DNA from: Candidatus Latescibacterota bacterium
Lineage (GTDB): Bacteria > Latescibacterota > UBA2968 > GCA-2709665
Length of the DNA stretch: 64,000 nt
Assembly: GCA_965203805.1 (NCBI GenBank)
Contig: OZ241917.1
Coordinates: forward strand, 2,528,001-2,592,000
Direction: 5' to 3'
In this document: positions 60,545 to 64,000 of the stretch, piece after piece
Position numbering within the stretch: position 1 is the first letter of the stretch
Layout of the letters: each line of letters begins with the position of its first letter
Translations under genes and position numbers: made by a program
Notes under the pieces: generated by a model
Database searches by the model: none
Seen by the model: only the letters and a program-made list of their open reading frames with translations
What the model was told of the DNA's origin: nothing

Positions 60545-60909
60545 TTTGTCCTCCTCTCTGCCTTCAATCGATCAAGATGCAGATCGAAACGGTGATCTGC
60601 CTTCCTGATCAGTTTCTGGTAGAACCGCTGTTCACCGGCTCCCGATTTATCGCCGGCAACCAGTAGTATGGCCTTACGTTCAGGATCAAAAGCAAATGCT
60701 ACCCGCCAGACTCGTCCCTGCATAGTAAAACGAAGTTCCTTCATATTGGCATGTCGTGACCCCTTCAACGTGTCCACCTGTGGACGACCTAACGTTGGCC
60801 CGAACGCCTCCAAGAGCTTCGCTCGTGCAAGCAGTTCGTCCTGCACCTTCGGTACCAAGGCGTCAAACTCGGGATCAAACGCCGGATGGAAATCGACTTC
60901 CCAGTTCAT
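60541..60909 (-). CDS. higB: HigB/RelE (Gp49-like) toxin
   Basis: GPTLGRPQVDTLKGSRHANMKELR..WRVAFAFDP..LLVAGDK. Confidence 0.88.
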   Translation of the reverse strand: MNWEVDFHPAFDPEFDALVPKVQDELLARAKLLEAFGPTLGRPQVDTLKGSRHANMKELRFTMQGRVWRVAFAFDPERKAILLVAGDKSGAGEQRFYQKLIRKADHRFDLHLDRLKAERRTK

Positions 60910-60911
60910 TC

Positions 60912-60945
60912 ATTATAATATGACTCATAAATCATATGATGTCAA
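60912..60945 (-). promoter_or_regulatory. higBA promoter with palindromic operator
   Basis: TTGACA (minus) and ATATGA-N8-TCATAT inverted repeat between -35 and the start codon. Confidence 0.6.
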
Positions 60946-61189
60946 GTGCATCCAAAAGGGCCAGTGTCACATCGACTCGTCAATACCCGAGATGGACCTG
61001 TAGCGGATCTGCAGGGTACTCGGGGCATACTCATTGACGACCTTGACGGGACCCTGATGTAACCCGGCCGACTTCCGCGCATACAGTAGCGCTGCTGCTC
61101 ATTTCGAGACTCCGATACGAGATCCCGTCGGGGTCACTTGCAATTCCAGTGGCCAACTCACAAGCATCTTCGACCTGGATTGCATACGG

Positions 61190-61800
61190 TGGGGTTTGAA
61201 ATCCCCCCACCGCATCAGCCGTCGCCGGCTCCTTAGTAAACTTTTCGGCCCTTCGACATTTCGACACCCTTCGACAAGCTCAGGGACCGAGCTCAATGCA
61301 GGCAAGCTCAATGACCACGCGTTGTCAGGCAATCTCCGATTTCGCTCAGAATAACAGGCCGACCGACCGCCAAACCTGTCATCCTGAGGAAGCCGTCCAG
61401 CCTGCCGGCGGTTCATCGGCAGGCTGGCTGACGAAGGATCTACTGCAGCATCGCTTAAACCCGAGCGTGTTCTGTCATTCGCGGAGAGTTGGTAGGCGGC
61501 ACGTTTGCGCCTACACGGTCAGGCTGAGCCGGCGCCACGGAAACCATGCCTCCGCGCAAAGGTTTGTATTCAAAAGGCTTCCGCTACACGTCCCGTCGAG
61601 AAGACGGGAGATTCTTCGACTCCGCTCAGAATGACATGCGTCGTAATAACCAAAAGCGAGATGTTTCGGTCATGCCCTGGCCAAACTGTGACGAAGACGT
61701 TTCGAAGGTGGGGCCTGCCTGCCTGCCAAAGCGTGGCTGGCAGGCGCAGGCAGGCGCTCCGCTGCGCAGGCAGGCGACTCCCCCTCAAGGGGGAGTGATC
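61190..61800. repeat. Pile-up of short palindromic repeats
   Basis: CTTCGAC..GCTCA units, GTCATCCTGAG..CTCAGAATGAC pair, CCTGCC..GGCAGG inserts at 61401-61423 and 61714-61774. Confidence 0.65.
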
Positions 61801-62057
61801 GACCGTTGAAAAGGCGCGTGCACTCACTTGCACCTATTTGGTTGCGGCTGAGCAAAGCAAAGCCGCGCTAGTGGAGTAGGTGATGTTCCGGGCGTGTAGC
61901 GTCACGCACGCCTAGTGGAGCCCCAGGGTAGGGTTCGCTGTTGCAACATCTACTTTCACCACCAAACCGGGTATCCAATTCCGTCTCGATTTCACTGGGC
62001 AGATCAGGACCCATTGCGATGACGCGTGTGCCAGGTCAACAGTTGAAAGAAGGAACG

Positions 62058-63011
62058 ATGCCGCGTCTGTACAGCCGCCAGCGCCTGCTGCTCGGGTTGC
62101 TTGGCGCGATTGGTGGGGGCGCGAGCAATACGGACTTTCAGAAGCTTCTATTTCTCTACTGTAAAGGGCTTTCGTCACACCGGGCAACTGAGACACTTCA
62201 AGGACTCTACGACTTTGTCCCCTACCGATATGGCGCATTCTCGTTCACCAGCTATGCGGACCGCCGCCGCCTGGTGGATTGGGAGCTGCTCGCGGATGAC
62301 GACCAGAAATGGGACCTGACAGAAGACGGACGCAAAATCGCGCGAAATTCAGAAAACAGTTCGATGCGTTCGTTCGCTTCTCGGTATCGAAACCTGAGAG
62401 GGGATGCGCTCGTTGCGGATACCTACCGGCGGTACCCGTATTATGCGATACGCAGTGAAATCGCAGCGGAAGTATTGGAGGACGATCGGCCGACGCTTGA
62501 TCGGATTGAATCGACACGTCCCAAAACAACACCATCGCAGCTATTCACGATCGGCTACGAAGGGCGGTCCATTGAAGAATACCTGAATCTGCTCATCCGT
62601 GGAGGCGTGACCCTGCTGTGTGACGTGAGGCGGAATGCAATCAGCCGAAAATATGGGCTTTCCAAAACCACACTTGAGCGCGCTTGCACAGGAATAGGTC
62701 TCCGTTATGAACATTTTCCGGAGCTTGGAATTGAGTCCAGCCGACGCCGAGGTCTGACGACGGAAGCGGATTTCACGGACCTTTTCGAGGCCTATAAGCA
62801 GACCATCCTGCCAGATCAGGGCGATGCCCTGGGAAGAATTCGCGACTGGTTGCAGTCCGGCGAATCGGTAGCACTCACCTGTTTCGAACTCGAAGCCGGT
62901 CAGTGCCATCGTCATTGCGTCGCTAATGCGCTCAAAGCGGTCACCGTTGAGTACCACCCTGAAGATCGAGAATTTCGATCCTTCCTCCCCAACGGCGTAA
63001 AACACCTTTGA
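62058..63011 (+). CDS. DUF488 family protein, copy 2
   Basis: Close paralogue of 54398-55354, including about 110 bp upstream. Confidence 0.88.
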   Translation: MPRLYSRQRLLLGLLGAIGGGASNTDFQKLLFLYCKGLSSHRATETLQGLYDFVPYRYGAFSFTSYADRRRLVDWELLADDDQKWDLTEDGRKIARNSENSSMRSFASRYRNLRGDALVADTYRRYPYYAIRSEIAAEVLEDDRPTLDRIESTRPKTTPSQLFTIGYEGRSIEEYLNLLIRGGVTLLCDVRRNAISRKYGLSKTTLERACTGIGLRYEHFPELGIESSRRRGLTTEADFTDLFEAYKQTILPDQGDALGRIRDWLQSGESVALTCFELEAGQCHRHCVANALKAVTVEYHPEDREFRSFLPNGVKHL

Positions 63012-63271
63012 CCGGAACGATCAATCAACGCATCCTGGTTACCGTAAAAGCCTACCCGACGCTTTCGTTGTTGCAAAACGCGACGGTTTACGATAGACTC
63101 GACGAGCTCATCGCTGGCGCCAAAAGCAACACAGTCTCGCTTGCTGTATTCAAGCCGGCAATAGTCATTGATTTCATTTGGGAGGACGATGATCGCGAAT
63201 GGAGTCAGCAAAGGCTCGAGCAGATGCGTGCGCTCCACAGCCAGCTTGCTCTATTTGAAGACAATAGCTGA
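63008..63271 (+). pseudogene. DUF488 partner, internally deleted/truncated
   Basis: QRILVTVKAYPTLS jumps to LLQNATV...SLAVFKP; lacks the RKYGE.VC segment of copy 1. Confidence 0.6.
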
Positions 63272-63393
63272 CGCGAGACGTTTCAAGGACCCCCGTCTAT
63301 CTTCATCCCAATTTTAACATTTCCACTTGACAAGATAAATTCTGTTGCGTAGTCTTTACGGAAAAGATATGCAAAAGACATCTACGGGATTTA

Positions 63394-63759
63394 ATGGACC
63401 TCATACCTTCGGCACGCGATAGAGAGTTGTTTGTTGCTGTCGCCATTCCGATCTTTTACCTCAGCACAGTCTGCTATATCGCCACCCGAGAAACATCGAT
63501 TCTATCCGTTAAGACCGCTCAAGACATTACTGCCATCGGCGTCTTCTCAATCACCATTACCTTTTTCCTTTTGGAGATCAAGGACATGTTCTATGGACGA
63601 GCGATGAAACAAATAGGACGGGAAGAAAGGGACCGTGAGATTAGTGAGATACTCGATGCTGCACTTAAAGAACAGCCACCCCCCAGCGCAAGGGAGCTTG
63701 TTCAAAGAGTGTATGAAAGCAAGAAAAAAAACTCACAAAACTCCGGAAAACTCAAATAG
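63394..63759 (+). CDS. Small 2-TM hypothetical protein
   Basis: TTGACA upstream at about 63327; two hydrophobic helices; hairpin at 63792-63820 downstream. Confidence 0.6.
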   Translation: MDLIPSARDRELFVAVAIPIFYLSTVCYIATRETSILSVKTAQDITAIGVFSITITFFLLEIKDMFYGRAMKQIGREERDREISEILDAALKEQPPPSARELVQRVYESKKKNSQNSGKLK

Positions 63760-64000
63760 CAACGGTCCGCAGCGTTCATAACGTTATCAACAGCCTGCCG
63801 GAACAACTGTTCGGCAGGCTTTGTTATGCCTTCCCCCCTCGCTCCCTATTTCCCCACTTCAGAGGCTTCTCCATGCGCTCATCTGTAATCCTGGAGTTAA
63901 CCCGGTTCAGTGGAGGTTTAGGGCTTGTGTTTCGAGCCCATGATTGACGGTTGTTCTCGTAGCTTACGGGCGAGTGGTATCCCAGCGCAGAATGCCTGTG

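Noticed and set aside
54398-63011. DUF488 duplicates as a DGR template/variable repeat pair
   Set aside because: Differences are not adenine-specific, the repeat covers a whole gene and no reverse transcriptase is present
1-64000. tRNA/rRNA genes, prophage or island integrase
   Set aside because: No cloverleaf, rRNA, phage structural gene or tyrosine/serine recombinase recognised by eye; tRNAscan-SE and Infernal would be needed to exclude them formally

Overview
Bacterial window in two halves. 1-25.9 kb is GC-rich, resident-looking DNA: a partial surface protein, a TonB-dependent receptor, a CxxCH/EF-hand protein, an outer-membrane barrel, a TPR protein, a YetA/PL26-like lyase, a split Opp/Dpp ABC transporter, a CRTAC1 (FG-GAP/ASPIC) protein, an M14 peptidase, a transglutaminase-like protein, two homocysteine S-methyltransferase paralogues and a GH109-like oxidoreductase. 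The gene mix resembles Latescibacterota/Poribacteria-type organisms (weak inference). 26-64 kb is a more AT-rich defence/toxin-antitoxin island: type I RM (hsdR-hsdS-hsdM), HEPN-like, AlbA/Schlafen, large SIR2, Mrr and PD-(D/E)xK genes, about ten TA modules or remnants, duplicated DUF488 genes and IS debris. The most unusual signals are in the DNA architecture. (1) A family of 30-33 bp CCTGCCTG...CAGGCAGG micro-palindromes inserts without target duplication, nests three deep, and sits in frame twice inside a transposase gene. (2) Seven co-oriented IS21 left ends punctuate the island between cargo blocks. (3) A 191-bp TTAA-duplicating MITE splits the toxin next to a Panacea antitoxin. (4) Toxins are repeatedly broken while antitoxins stay intact. 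No rRNA, tRNA, CRISPR array or integrase was seen. All family calls are from motif recognition, not database searches.
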